From Eledone cirrhosa (Eukaryota), in NCBI GenBank assembly GCA_964016885.1, contig OZ024741.1, forward strand, positions 54,002,001 through 54,066,000: a stretch of 64,000 nt of DNA, read 5' to 3'. The position numbers and the translations under genes are program-made. Of the stretch, positions 18,001-31,700 are shown piece by piece. The notes beneath the pieces were generated by a model. That model saw nothing but the letters and a program-made list of their open reading frames with translations. It made no database searches and was not told where the DNA came from. Numbering within the stretch: position 1 is the stretch's first letter; each line of letters opens with the position of its first letter.

Positions 18001-19670
18001 AACAACAGTAATAACTACAACAACAACAGTAATAACTACAAAACATTAATATCTCCAACAACAACAGTAATAACTACAAAAACAACAGTAATAGCCACAA
18101 CAACAGTAATAAATACAACAACAACAGTAATAACTACAACAACAGTAATAACAACAACAACAGTAATAACGACAACAACAACAGTAATAACTACAACAAC
18201 AACAGTAATAACTACAACAACAGTAATAACTACAACAACAACAGTAATAACTACAACAACAGCAGTAATAACTACAACAACAACAGTAATAACTACAACA
18301 ACAACAACAGTAATAACTACAACAACAGTAATAACTACAACAACAACAGTAATAACTACAACAACAACAGTAATAACTACAACAACAACAGTAATAACTC
18401 CAACAACAGTAATAACTACAACAACAGTAATAACTACAACAAAGTAATAACTACAACAAAAACAGTAATAACTACAACAAAAACAGTAATAACTACAACA
18501 ACAACAGTAATAACTACAACCACAGTAATAACTACAACAACAACAGTAATAACTACAACCACAGTAATAACTACAACAACAACAATAATAACTACAACAA
18601 CAGTAATAACTACAACAACAGTAATAACTACAACAACAGTAATAATACCACAACAGTAATAACTACAACAACAGTTATAACTACAACAACAGTAATAACT
18701 ACAACAACAGTAATAACTCCAAAAACAACAGTAATAACTACAACAACAACAATAATAACTACAACAACAGTAATAACTACAACAACAGTAATAACTACAA
18801 CAACAGTAATAATACCACAACAGTAATAACTACAACAACAACAGTAATAAATACAACAACAGTAATAACTACAACAACAGTAATAAATACAACAACAGTA
18901 ATAACTACAACAACAGTAATAACTACAACAACAACAATAATAACTACAACAACAGTAATAATACCACAACAGTAATAACTACAACAACAACAGTAATATC
19001 TACAACAACAGTAATAACTACAACAACAGTAATAAATACAACAACAGTAATAACTACAACAACAGTAATAACTACAACAACAACAATAATAACTACAACA
19101 ACAGTAATAAATACAACAACAGTAATAACTACAACAACAGTAATAACTACAACAACAACAGTAATATCTACAACAACAGTAATAAATACAACAACAGTAA
19201 TAAATACAACAACAGTAATAACTACAACAACAGTAATAACTACAACAACAACAGTAATATCTACAACAACAGTAATAACTACAACAACAGTAATAATACC
19301 ACAACAGTATTAACTACAACAACAACAGTAATATCTACAACAACAGTAATAACTACAACAACAGTAATAATACCACAACAGTAATAACTACAACAACAGT
19401 AATAATACCACAACAGTAATAACTACAACAACAGTAATAATACCACAACAGTAATAACTACAACAACAACAGTAATATCTACAACAACAGTAATAACTAC
19501 AACAACGGTAATAATACCACAATAGTAATAACTACTACAACAACAACAACAGTAATAACTACAACAACAGTAATAACTACAACCACAGTAATAACTACAA
19601 CAACAACAGTAATAACTACAACAACAACAGTAATATCTACAACAACAACAGTAATAACTACAACAATAAT
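1..19670. repeat. Triplet-derived minisatellite GTAATAACT(ACA)3-4, units mostly 18-21 bp, with kb-scale higher-order duplications
   Basis: Continuous aacagtaataactac(aac)n. Diagnostic variants (actcaacca, acaagaaaa, acaaagtaacaact) recur several kb apart. The array runs off the window start. Confidence 0.97.
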
Positions 19671-19789
19671 ATCAGCAACATCACCGTCATTAGTAATAGT
19701 AATATGACCACAATTAACACCAGAATGTCAGCAACAGCTGCAACATGAAGAGTAATAACTTCAACAAAGACAATAGTATAAAAGCTATA

Positions 19790-21171
19790 ACGTACCACCA
19801 CCACCACCACCACCACCAACATCAACAACAACAACAACGGCAACAATAACAACAACATTAAAATAATAACACCACCACAACCACCAGGTACCGCAACAAC
19901 AACAATAACGCTATCGGCACCACCAATAACAACAACAAAACCAACAATAACACCATCAAGACTAACACCGACAACAACAACACCACAACCAGAACCACCA
20001 CCACCAACAACACCATCAATAACAATAACACCACCACCAACAACAACAACGCCACCACCACCAACACCACAACCAACAGCACCACCAATTACACCAAAAC
20101 CACCAACAAAAACACCAACACCAACAACAACACCACCACCAATAACACCACCACCACCAACAACAACACCACCACCACCAACACGACCACCACCACCAAC
20201 AATAACACCAACACCACCAACAACAACACCACCACCACCAACAATAACACCAACACCACCAACAACAACACCACCACCACCACCAACAATAACACCAACA
20301 CCACCAACAACAACACCACCACCACCACCTACAATAACACCAACACCACCAACAACACCACCACCACCACCAACAATAACACCAACACCACCAACAATAA
20401 CACCAACACCACCATCAACACCACCACCACCACCAACAATAACACCAACAACACCAGCAACAACAACACCACCACCACCAACAATAACACCACCAACACC
20501 AAAACCACCAACAACAATAACACCAACACCACCACCAACAAAACACCAACACCACCAACACCACAACCACCAATTACACCAAAACTACCACCAACAACAC
20601 CAGCACCACCAACAACAATATCACCAACAGCACCAACAACACCACCAACAACATGAATAACAACAAAACCACCACCAACAACCTCACCACCACCAACAAT
20701 AACACCAACACCAACAACAACACCACCAACAATTACACCAAAACCACCACCAACAATAACACCAACGCCACCGCCACCTCCAACAATAACACCAACACCA
20801 CCAACAACACCACCACCACCAACAACAATAACACCAACACCACCAACAACAACACCACCACCAACAACAACACCACCACCACCAACAACACCACCACCAA
20901 CAACAAAAACAACACCACCAATTACACCAAAACCACCACCAACAATAACACAAACACCACCACCACCACCAACAATAACACCAACAACACCACCAACAAC
21001 AACAATAACACCAACACCACCAACAATAACAACAACACCACCAACAACACCACCACCACCACCAACAATAACAACAGCACCACCAACAACAACACCACCC
21101 CCAACAACACCACCACCATTGACACCAACACCACCACCAATAACACCTACACCACCAACAGCACCATCGCC

Positions 21172-21209
<38 letters not shown>

Positions 21210-21230
21210 CAACAACATCGCCACAACCAA
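19790..21230. repeat. Degenerate (ACC/AAC)n low-complexity tract
   Basis: Almost entirely acc/aac/aat triplets with very little G. Confidence 0.93.
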
Positions 21231-21313
21231 TGAAGTCAGACAATGTGCATGAAATAATGGGATCATGGGTCGCATGAACAGATTAGAAAAAAATCCAAGA
21301 GGGTCACGACTGG

Positions 21314-24300
21314 AGATAGTGATGCTGATGATGGTGATGCTGATAGTGGTGATGCTGAGGGTGGTGATGCTGATAGTGGTGATGCTGATGGTGGTGATGC
21401 TGATAGTGGTGATGCTGATAGTGGTGATGCTGATGGTGGTGATGCTGATAGTGGTGATGCTGATGGTGGTGATGCTGATGATGGTGATGCTGATGGTGGT
21501 GATGCTGATGATGGTGATGCTGATAGTGGTGATGCTGATGATGGTGATGCTGATGGTGGTGATGCTGATGGTGGTGATGCTGATGGTGGTGATGCTGATG
21601 GTGGTGATGCTGATGATGGTGATGCTGATGGTGGTGATGCTGATGGTGGTGATGCTGATGATGGTGATGCTGATGGTGGTGATGCTGATGATGGTGATGC
21701 TGATGGTGGTGATGCTGATGGTGGTGATGCTGATGATGGTGATGCTGATGATGGTGATGCTGATGGTGGTGATGCTGATGATGGTGATGCTGATGATGGT
21801 GATGCTGATGGTGGTGATGCTGATGTTGGTGATGCTGATAATGGTGATGCTGATGGTGGTGATGCTGATGGTGGTGATGCTGATGGAGGTGATGCTGATG
21901 GTGGTGATGCTGATGATGGTGATGCTGATGGTGGTGATGCTGATGGTGGTGATGCTGATAATGGTGATGCTGATGGTGGTGATGCTGATGGTGGTGATGC
22001 TGATGATGGTGATGCTGATGGTGGTGATGCTGATGGTGGTGATGCTGATGATGGTGATGCTGATAGTGGTGATGCTGATGGTGGTGATGCTGATGGTGGT
22101 GATGCTGATGGTGGTGATGCTGATGATGGTGATGCTGATGGTGGTGATGCTGATGGTGGTGATGCTGATGGTGGTGATGCTGATGGTGGTGATGCTGAGG
22201 TGGTGATGCTGATGGTGGTGATGCTGATGGTGGTGATGCTGATGGTGGTGATGCTGATGGTGGTGATGCTGATGGTGGTGATGCTGATGGTGGTGATGCT
22301 GATGGTGGTGATGCTGATGATGGTGATGCTGATAGTGGTGATGCTGATGGTGGTGATGCTGATGGTGGTGATGCTGATGGTGGTGATGCTGATGGTGGTG
22401 ATGCTGATGATGGTGATGCTGATAGTGGTGATGCTGATGGTGGTGATGCTGATGGTGGTGATGCTGATGGTGGTGATGCTGATGGTGGTGATGCTGATGG
22501 TGGTGATGCTGATGATGGTGATGCTGATAGTGGTGATGCTGATGGTGGTGATGCTGATGGTGGTGATGCTGATGGTGGTGATGCTGATGGTGGTGATGCT
22601 GATGATGGTGATGCTGATAGTGGTGATGCTGATGGTGGTGATGCTGATGGTGGTGATGCTGATGGTGGTGATGCTGATGGTGGTGATGCTGATGGTGGTG
22701 ATGCTGATGGTGGTGATGCTGATGGTGGTGATGCTGATGGTGGTGATGCTGATGGTGGTGATGCTGATGGTGGTGATGCTGATGGTGGTGATGCTGATAA
22801 TGGTGATGCTGATGGTGGTGATGCTGATGGTGGTGATGCTGATGGTGGTGATGCTGATGGTGGTGATGCTGATGGTGGTGATGCTGATGGTGGTGATGCT
22901 GATGGTGGTGATGCTGATGGTGGTGATGCTGATGGTGGTGATGCTGATGGTGGTGATGCTGATAGTGGTGATGCTGATGGTGGTGATGCTGATGGTGGTG
23001 ATGCTGATGGTGGTGATGCTGATGGTGGTGATGCTGATGGTGGTGATGCTGATGGTGGTGATGCTGATGATGGTGATGCTGATAGTGGTGATGCTGATGG
23101 TGGTGATGCTGATGGTGGTGATGCTGATGGTGGTGATGCTGATGGTGGTGATGCTGATGATGGTGATGCTGATAGTGGTGATGCTGATGGTGGTGATGCT
23201 GATGGTGGTGATGCTGATGGTGGTGATGCTGATGGTGGTGATGCTGATGGTGGTGATGCTGATGGTGGTGATGCTGATGGTGGTGATGCTGATGGTGGTG
23301 ATGCTGATGGTGGTGATGCTGATGGTGGTGATGCTGATGGTGGTGATGCTGATGGTGGTGATGCTGATGGTGGTGATGCTGATAATGGTGATGCTGATGG
23401 TGGTGAAGCTGATGGTGGTGATGCTGATGGTGGTGATGCTGATGATGGTGATGCTGATGATGGGGAAGCTGATGGTGGTGATGCTGATGGTGGTGATGCT
23501 GATGATGGGGATGCTGATGGTGGTGATGCTGATGGTGGTGATGCTGGTGATGGTGATGCTGATGATGGGGATGCTGATGGTGGTGATGCTGATGGTGGTG
23601 ATGCTGATGGTGGTGATGCTGATGGTGGTGATGCTGATGGTGGTGATGCTGATGATGGTGATGCTGATGGTGGTGATGCTGATGGTGGTGATGCTGATGG
23701 TGGTGATGCTGATGGTGGTGATGCTGATGGTGGTGATGCTGATGGTGGTGATGCTGATGGTGGTGATGCTGATGGTGGTGATGCTGATGGTGGTGATGCT
23801 GATGGTGGTGATGCTGATGATGGTGATGCTGATGGTGGTGATGCTGATGGTGGTGATGCTGATGATGGTGATGCTGATGGTGGTGATGCTGATGATGGTG
23901 ATGCTGATGGTGGTGATGCTGATGGTGGTGATGCTGATGGTGGTGATGCTGATGATGGGGATGCTGATGGTGGTGATGCTGATGGTGGTGATGCTGATGG
24001 TGGTGATGCTGATGGTGGTGATGCTGATGGTGGTGATGCTGATGATGGGGATGCTGATGGTGGTGATGCTGATGGTGGTGATGCTGATGGTGGTGATGCT
24101 GATGATGGTGATGCTGATGGTGGTGATGCTGATGATGGTGATGCTGATGGTGGTGATGCTGATGGTGGTGATGCTGACGGTGGTGATGCTGACGATGATG
24201 ATGCTGATGATGGGGATGCTGATGGTGGTGATGCTGATGGTGGTGATGCTGACGATGGTGATGCTGACGATGGTGATGCTGATGATGGGGATGCTGATGG

Positions 24301-25335
24301 TGGTGATGCTGATGGTGGTGATGCTGATGGTGGTGGTGTTGATGGTGGTGATGCTGATGGTGGTGATGTTGTTGGTGGTGATGCTGATGGTGGTGATGCT
24401 GATGGTGGTGATGCTGATGGAGGTGATGCTGATGGTGGTGATGCTGATGGTGGTGATGCTGATGGTGGTGATGCTGATGGTGGTGATGCTGATAATGGTG
24501 ATACTGATGGTGGTGATGCTGATGGTGGTGATGCTGATGGTGGTGATGCTGATGGTGGTGGTGTTGATGGTTGTGATGCTGATGGTGGTGATGTTGATGG
24601 TGGTGATGCTGATGGTGGTGATGTTGATGGTGGTGGTGTTGATGGTGGTGCTGATGGTGGTGATGTTGATGGTGGTGGTGTTGATGGTGGTGATGTTGAT
24701 GGTGGTGGTGTTGATGGTGGTGATGCTGATGGTGGTGATGTTGATGGTGGTGGTGTTGATGGTGGTGATGCTGATGGTGGTGATGTTGATGGTGGTGGTG
24801 TTGATGGTGGTGATGCTGATGGTGGTCATGCTGATGATGGTGATGCTGATGGTGGTGATGTTGATGGTGGTGATGCTGATGATGGTGATGCTGTTGATGG
24901 TGATGCTGATGATGTTGATTGTGATGGTGGTGATGCTGATGGTGGTGATGCTGATGGTGGTGATGCTGATGGTGGTGATGCTGATGGTGGTGATGCTGAT
25001 GGTGGTGATGCTGATGGTGGTGATGCTGATGGTGGTGATGCTGATGGTGGTGATGCTGATGGTGGTGATGCTGATGGTGGTGATGCTGTGGTGGTGTTGC
25101 TGATGGTGGTGATGCTGATGATGGTGATGCTGATGGTGGTGATGCTGATGGTGGTGATGCTGATAAAGGTGATGCTGATGATGGTGATGCTGACGATGGT
25201 GATGCTGACAATGGTGATGCTGATGATAGTGATGCTGACGATTGTGATGCTGATAATGGTGATGCTGATGGTGGTGACGCTGATGATGGTGATGATGTTT
25301 GTGATGATGATTAGGGAGATGATGAGGATGAGGTG
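21314..25335. repeat. 15-bp minisatellite (GATGCTGATGGTGGT)n, about 4 kb
   Basis: Highly homogeneous tandem 15-mer. A 1-nt deletion near 22199 (gctgaggtggt) shifts the register, and the array degrades towards 25330. Confidence 0.97.
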
Positions 25336-25404
25336 AATATAATGACAATGCATACAATAACAACATTTATCAGCAACAGTATAATACTAGCAACAAATAT
25401 AACA

Positions 25405-25568
<164 letters not shown>

Positions 25569-25587
25569 GCGGAAACAGACATATATA

Positions 25588-26869
25588 CAGGGTGCGGACG
25601 ATATTTGTGCGCCAGATTACTGTCTAGTAAAGATTAACACAGTAGTTTTATTTTCTAAGATGTATTTATCAAACTTGGATCAGTTTGTCTTCATGACTTG
25701 TTCTTTCTATTTCACTCGATAAACCCGCCATTGGCTTTGATGACGTCCTCAAGGCGGCCTTGGAACCGGCTACAGGCCATCGCCACTGTCCACCGACTTA
25801 GGCCCCTAAAGGCACTTGTGATCCTGGCCTACAGATCGTCTTTCGTATTGCAGCTAGATCTGTTCGTGTCTGGTTCCACTGCGCCCCAGACAAAGATGTC
25901 GAAGGGGTTGCAGTCAAGCGAGCTGGGAGGTGAAGTGTGGTCGACGAAGTTCTCTGACAGCCAGGCTTGGGTCATTTGGTTGATATGGCAGGGCGCTGAG
26001 TCTTGCTGCCACACGGCCTACCTGCAGCTACCTGGTCGATCAAGGGCTTTACTACTCGCTCAGAACGCGGATGTAGCCATCGGTGTTTATCTTGAGGCCC
26101 TCGGGGAAGAGGTGAGGTGGCACCTTCACTGCTGACGACACCTAAGACCAATGTTGTAGCTGCAAACTTTGTCTACATGACTCTTGGCACCTCTTTGGAC
26201 GAGACAGCGAGCCACCTGTTGTTCTGGGAGTTGATCTTCTAGTCTTGGCAGAAGTTTTTCTCGTCGGAGAAAAACCGCAACATGTCTGGCTCCAGTGGGT
26301 GTTTCAACTTGTTGATCAGCTTCTTTACGTGCTTCAGTCGCTTTTCTTGCATGGCCTTTGACAGATATTGTCCTTTCCTCATCTTGTAAGAAACGTAGCG
26401 AATGTCTTCATATACCACCAGCCTAATGAGCTTTTCATCCACGCCTTTCTCCCTTGAAATGGCACGCATCGACTTGCTAGGTTCATTGTTGATGATATCC
26501 TGAACTTCAGCGATGAACACGGGCGTACTAAAGGCGTCAGATCGTCGATCATGTGTTTTCCTCTCTCGTGTTGCTTCGTAGTCGAATCCTGAATCTTCCA
26601 ATTCCTTTCTGACCTTTACCACCATTCTTCTGTTGATGCTGAGAATGTCTGAAATGTCCTTATTTATCCTCCCGGCGCGGATTCCAAGAAGTACACCGTG
26701 TCTCTTCCACAAATTTGGAGGTTCAAAATTATTCATAATCAATTATTCTGAAAATAAATAATGGAAATATAGTCACTGTTTTTATGAAGACAAGAGTGAC
26801 AACGAAAGTAAAAAATATTTGCATAAAATTAGCAGTTGAAAATTGCGAACAAATATCGTCCACACGATA
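25588..26869 (-). mobile_element. Tc1/mariner DNA transposon, maT (DD37D)-like, decayed and internally deleted
   Basis: Imperfect TIRs: cagggtgcggacgatatttgtgcgc at 25588 and gcgaacaaatatcgtccacacg near 26845-26866, both next to TA. Transposase fragments show HTH regions, FFSDEKNF, WQQDSAPCH and SPPSSLDCNPFD. Confidence 0.88.
25720..26742 (-). pseudogene. Transposase pseudogene (DDD triad)
   Basis: ORF 26239..26742 runs from the HTH to the first D and ends in a premature stop. ORF 25829..26014 carries the second and third D. Confidence 0.88.
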
Positions 26870-26919
26870 TATATATATTTCCATGTAATCATACATACAC
26901 AGCTATACATATAAATATA

Positions 26920-26922
<3 letters not shown>

Positions 26923-26975
<53 letters not shown>
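26923..26975. repeat. (TG)n microsatellite
   Basis: Read directly from the sequence. Confidence 0.95.
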
Positions 26976-26976
<1 letters not shown>

Positions 26977-27107
26977 ATGATATATACATGATGGAATTAC
27001 AATGGTCACATAAATATACACTCAAAAGAAAGAATATATATATGTTATGTAATATATATATATATAATATATATAAAGTAAATATATATAATATATTATA
27101 TGATATT

Positions 27108-27425
27108 CGAAGACCCCCTTCGGTCTCGAATGACCATGTGATTTTCACCTAGAAAATTCTTTTTGAAGCACAAGTCTGGGCAAGGTTGTTTTAAGGAAGA
27201 TCAACAGTCGCCTATGCATACCAGCCTTCCCCCATCCACCGATGATGTCCAAGGGGAAGGCTATGGCCTATACAGCTTTGAACCAGTGGCGTCGCAACTC
27301 ATTTCTACAGATGAGCAAACTGGTGCAACGTGAAATAAAATGTCGGGCTCAAGGACACAACCCGGTCCGAGAATCGAACTCACAACTTTTTGATTGCAAT
27401 ATATAAATCAAGCCATGCGCCTTCA
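27108..27425 (-). mobile_element. tRNA-derived SINE (octopus-type)
   Basis: Minus-strand head tgaaggcgcatggctt...gtgagttcgattctcggaccggg has A/B-box-like motifs, followed by a tgtgtccttgagc...cacgttgcaccagtttgctc core. It is flanked by TA-rich tracts. Confidence 0.8.
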
Positions 27426-27474
27426 TATATATATTATATAATATATATACATTACATAATATATATATTATATA

Positions 27475-27477
<3 letters not shown>

Positions 27478-27569
<92 letters not shown>
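27478..27569. repeat. (TA)n microsatellite
   Basis: Read directly. Similar (TA)n tracts lie at about 36220-36306, 36900-36989, 49183-49233, 50264-50340, 52041-52098, 53195-53250, 55352-55411, 55675-56005 and 56929-57012. Confidence 0.95.
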
Positions 27570-27573
<4 letters not shown>

Positions 27574-27847
27574 CATGTCCTTAGAATTATTAGATAAAAT
27601 ATATACCATTTCCTCTCCCAATTAGCATAATTACCCATATAAAAAATCAATTAGCCCAGGCTATAAGAATAAAGGCTCCTATGAAGAAATATTTGATAAA
27701 TAACCGAAAGCGGCCTCTTCGTGGTGGCCCCTATAGAGTATTTATCCAACATTTCAACAGCATGTAGGAACTGTCTAAATATACCGTCAACCATTCACAA
27801 TTAGGTGTAAATTTAAACTTAGAAGAAACGTGTACATACGGTAATTA

Positions 27848-27927
27848 CATTTCTACTATGGTTTCGTCCGTATTTTTAAATATCCTATTTTAGGATGGAC
27901 CCAGAGTAACAGACTCATCAGGAGACA
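27848..27927 (-). ncRNA. Type I hammerhead ribozyme with intact core, in a PLE pseudo-LTR-like fragment (about 27570-27960)
   Basis: Minus strand reads tgtctc CTGATGA gtctgt...acggac GAAA ccatag TA gaaatg. Stem II has 6 bp, stem III is near-palindromic (ACCATAGT), and stem I pairs 5 of 6 including G-U. Confidence 0.75.
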
Positions 27928-28150
27928 AACTCAAGATTGGACAGTTAATTTTCTAAAGCAATCGCGCCAAAAATATGTTCAAAAATGGCTAAGAATTGTG
28001 ACGTTAGAAATAATGTGATTAGTTGCATACGGCGGGTCGGCTAGTTGCTAGAAAGCGCAGCCCAATATCGCCCAATTGTATCTCAACCAAACGGGAGATT
28101 ATAATTATAAAGATTTACATATACATAAAGTCATAGATATATATATATAT

Positions 28151-28295
28151 TAATAATAATAATAATAATAATTGTTTCTACGTTAGGCACAAGGCCAGCA
28201 ATTATCCAGTGTATTACTGTACTTTATTTTATCGACCCCGTAAGGATGAAAGGCAAAGTCAACCTGGGGGATTTGAACTCAGATCGTAAAGGGAC

Positions 28296-28328
<33 letters not shown>

Positions 28329-28508
28329 GTTGTTTCTACTTTAGGCACAAGGCCAGCAAATACCCAGTTCATTACTGGTACTTTATTTTATCGACCCCGT
28401 AAGGATGAAAGGCAAAGTTAACCTCGGCGGGATTTGAACTCAGATCGTAAAGGGACGTAACTATGCTGGAAAGCATGCCGTCCGACCCTCTACCGATACT
28501 GCCAATCC
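28151..28508 (-). mobile_element. Two tandem SINE copies with (AAT)n tails
   Basis: Both contain tttattttatcgaccccgtaaggatgaaaggcaaagt..acct..gatttgaactcag. The B-box gagttcaaatc is on the minus strand, and the second copy keeps the tRNA-like head. Confidence 0.85.
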
Positions 28509-28782
28509 AAATAATAATAATAATAATAATGCTTTCTTTATTAACCACAAGGGTTTACACAAAGTAGACATTAAGGAAATTACAGGACAATACAGGACGG
28601 TACAAAATGGCATTTCTGCGTGTAAAAAAAACAAAAAACAGAGGATGTAATAATAGAACAATGAAAACATTCCCCAATAGGGGGGAGTCTTCCGAGGGAC
28701 ATTCGTGGAGAAAGCCCATTAAAAAGCCACAGTGACCCTGACCACCAGGGCAAGTGCCCTCTCCCAGTTTTCCACCTTTAAT

Positions 28783-31700
28783 TTACAGACACATACTCAG
28801 AGTAGGCCCATTCACTCGGGCCATTCTTGCCTCTCTCACCCATCTTTCAACAAACTGCTGGGAAGAGAGCACTTCCCTCTCTACCCTGATTTTCCTTTTC
28901 AAATGAAATTTGAAAAAGTTAATCAGGGCATCACCGAAGAGGTAAGTGCTCGTCTTCAGCCCTTTCAAACGTGTCCACCATACTATCTCTTTCGCCATGG
29001 CCACCAGACAGATAAAAACTGCCTGCCCTTCCCGGCTAAAGGAAGAGGGCGGGGCAATCCTCACGATGGACTCAGCTGATAGCTGGATCCGTCCTACACA
29101 CGACAGCAGGTGTTCGACATAAACCCACAAGTCAGCAATGCTCGGACACTGGACGAGTGCGTGCAGGACGGTTTCGTCGCCCTGCGCGCATCTCGGACAT
29201 GCCCGGCTGACGGCACCTCCATGCCTGTAGAGTTTATTCCGAACTGGCAAAGCTCCTCGGTAGCACTACCAGGCCAGGGATTTCTGGACGTTGTCCATAG
29301 GCCCCGGCCCGAAAGTTCTTCCGAAGAGATTGACTAGTTGATTTTCGTCGACGCCTAGAGTTTCCCCAAGTACGTCGTCGCTCTTCCCCTCCACTAATCT
29401 TCTATAGAACGCCAAGGTGGAATTTCCACCGATCACATTGCCCGATTGGTCGAAGGCTGTGAGCGCCTGAAGACATTCCAGTCTCCAAGCGCTCCCACTC
29501 AGTCTTCGCTTGACCCAGGACTGCAGCTCCGTCAAGGAGATGAGCTGGGGAAAGAAGCGTCTAGCAAACGGCGACCACACCTGAGCACTGTCGAGGAAGA
29601 GGTGTAGATGTCGTAGGATGAGCACATGTCTGCGCATCATCAGCCGCGGCATACCCAGCGCTCCACGTAGCGGGTGTTGACAGCAGATGGAACGCCTGAC
29701 CACCGGATCGCGTCCCTTCAACAAAAAGCGAAAGAGCAAACGCTCCAGCGCAGTCAGGCGAAGTACGCGTTAGCCACCTCCGCTCGACCTTTGAGGGATA
29801 GCTTGCTCTCCGCCCATTTCTGGGTGAGAGAAGCCACCCTGCTCGTCACCTCATCCCAGTTTTTGTCCGTCTGGAGGTTTGGACCGAACCAGACCCCTAG
29901 CAATTTAACCGGTCCGTCAGTCCAGCGCCCGACGACGCTGTTGGACGCCATGGACCTGCCTCTCCAGGTGACGAGCTGCAGGCTCACTGACTTTTCCTGG
30001 TTGACCATTGCTCCTGTCACCGCTTCCTATTCTCTTAGTGCCGATCGCATCGATGTGTTTGGCGTTCGACACCACTACGGTGATATCGTCCGCATATGCT
30101 GACACGGATCTTCCGCATCCTAGTTCGCGCGGGACCCCCCTCAACGTCTCCAGTTTGTGCAGTAATGGCTAGAGAGTCAATACGTACAAGAGGGACGAGA
30201 GGGGACATCCTAGGCGGACCGAGCGCATGATGTTGAACGGTTCCGAAAGGTGACCGTTCACTCTCACCACAGAGCAGATGTCGCTGTGCATGGCAGCGAT
30301 CCAGCCTCTGAAGACGGGCCCGAACCCAGCCGCCTTCATGACTGCCGCTAGGTAACGATGGTCAACCCTATCGAAAGCTTTCGACTGATCTAAATTGATC
30401 AAGGACCCACCCGTGCCAGGTTCCCTAGCTACCCTCTCTACGAGGTATCGCATGAGGTGGAGGTTGTCGTGGATGGATCTGTCGGGAATGGCGCATGCCT
30501 GCGCCTCTCCCACCAGACCACCAACGTCAAGAGCCAACCTCTTTGCTAGCACCGTGGCCAAAATCTTGAACTCTGTGTTTAGCAGAGTTATGGGCCTAAA
30601 ATTATCTATGTTATCCCCCTTGTTCGGATCCTTTCTCAGCAGCACCACAGCTCCTCGGCTCACAGAGTTGGGAATTCTCCCGTTCTGTTGCCAGTTGCAA
30701 TAGACGTCCGCCAAGAGGCCTCCGAACAAGTCTGGCATCTGTACGTAAAGTTCATAGGGCAGACCATCCAAACCAGGCCATTTACCCCTTGTGCAGCCAG
30801 TCATTGACTCCCGTACTTCAGCTTCTGTTATCGGCTTTTCGCAACACTCCACCACAGTGGCCGAGAGCCGCGGCAGTCCGTCGAGGTAGACACTAAATTT
30901 CATCTCTCGATCCGGCCCGCCGCTGCCACCGAACAGCTGTGCGAAGTGTCACTGAAAAGCTTCACACATTTGCCCGGGATCGAGTAGCGTGCGCCCGTCG
31001 TGGTCCACCAAAGACCGGATCGTGGCTTTGTTGCCACGACGCGCCTTCGCCACTCGGGCCCATTGAACGGCTTTCGTCCCCTCGTGTCTGAGAGCACGCA
31101 CCCTAGCTCTGACAACGCAGCCTTCGTGCTTTGCATTGAAGAATTGGTCAAGGGCCAATTTCGCCGCAAGTACGTCGGTCGCGATGCCTTTGCTAAGCGC
31201 CTCGTCTAATTTTCTAACTAGTTCTCCCTCTGCTCTGTTTTTCTCTATTGCTAAAACCTAACTAAACCTAATGGACTCTACTCTAATCGCTCTTTTCAGA
31301 GCAAACCACCACTTGTTGTTGACGATGGCCCCCGTCAACGCCCGCTTAACTAGTTCGCTAATCCGGTCTCTGTAGACCTTGCGCGCTGGTAAGGACGCGT
31401 TTAGCTTCCAGTAGCCGGGTCCTCGTCTATGAAGCCTATCTAAGTCAAGCACACAGATCACGAATTTGTGGTCCGTGTAGCTGACTATCTTGAATTGTGG
31501 ACAGCCTATGCTAGACCTATCTATTTCCCTACAAAATATTCTATCTAGAAGTGATCTGGATGACCCTATGCGGTTTGTCTAAGTCTACATTGGCACATTC
31601 GGGAAATCCAATCGGTACCTGTCAGACAGTTCAAAACGCCTGAGCAGGTTGGTGAGGCTCTTGGACCCTCCTCCCCTATCCGCTAATCCCATACAGTGCC

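Noticed and set aside
1210-19304. Long Thr-rich (+) and Val-rich (-) ORFs resembling mucins
   Set aside because: They are products of a stop-poor triplet satellite, with recurrent frameshifts, no signal peptide or unique domain, and open frames on both strands.
21147-25366. His-rich, SITTI, SASPP and MVVML ORFs of up to about 1370 aa
   Set aside because: They are alternative frames of one 15-bp repeat, with frameshifts inside the array.
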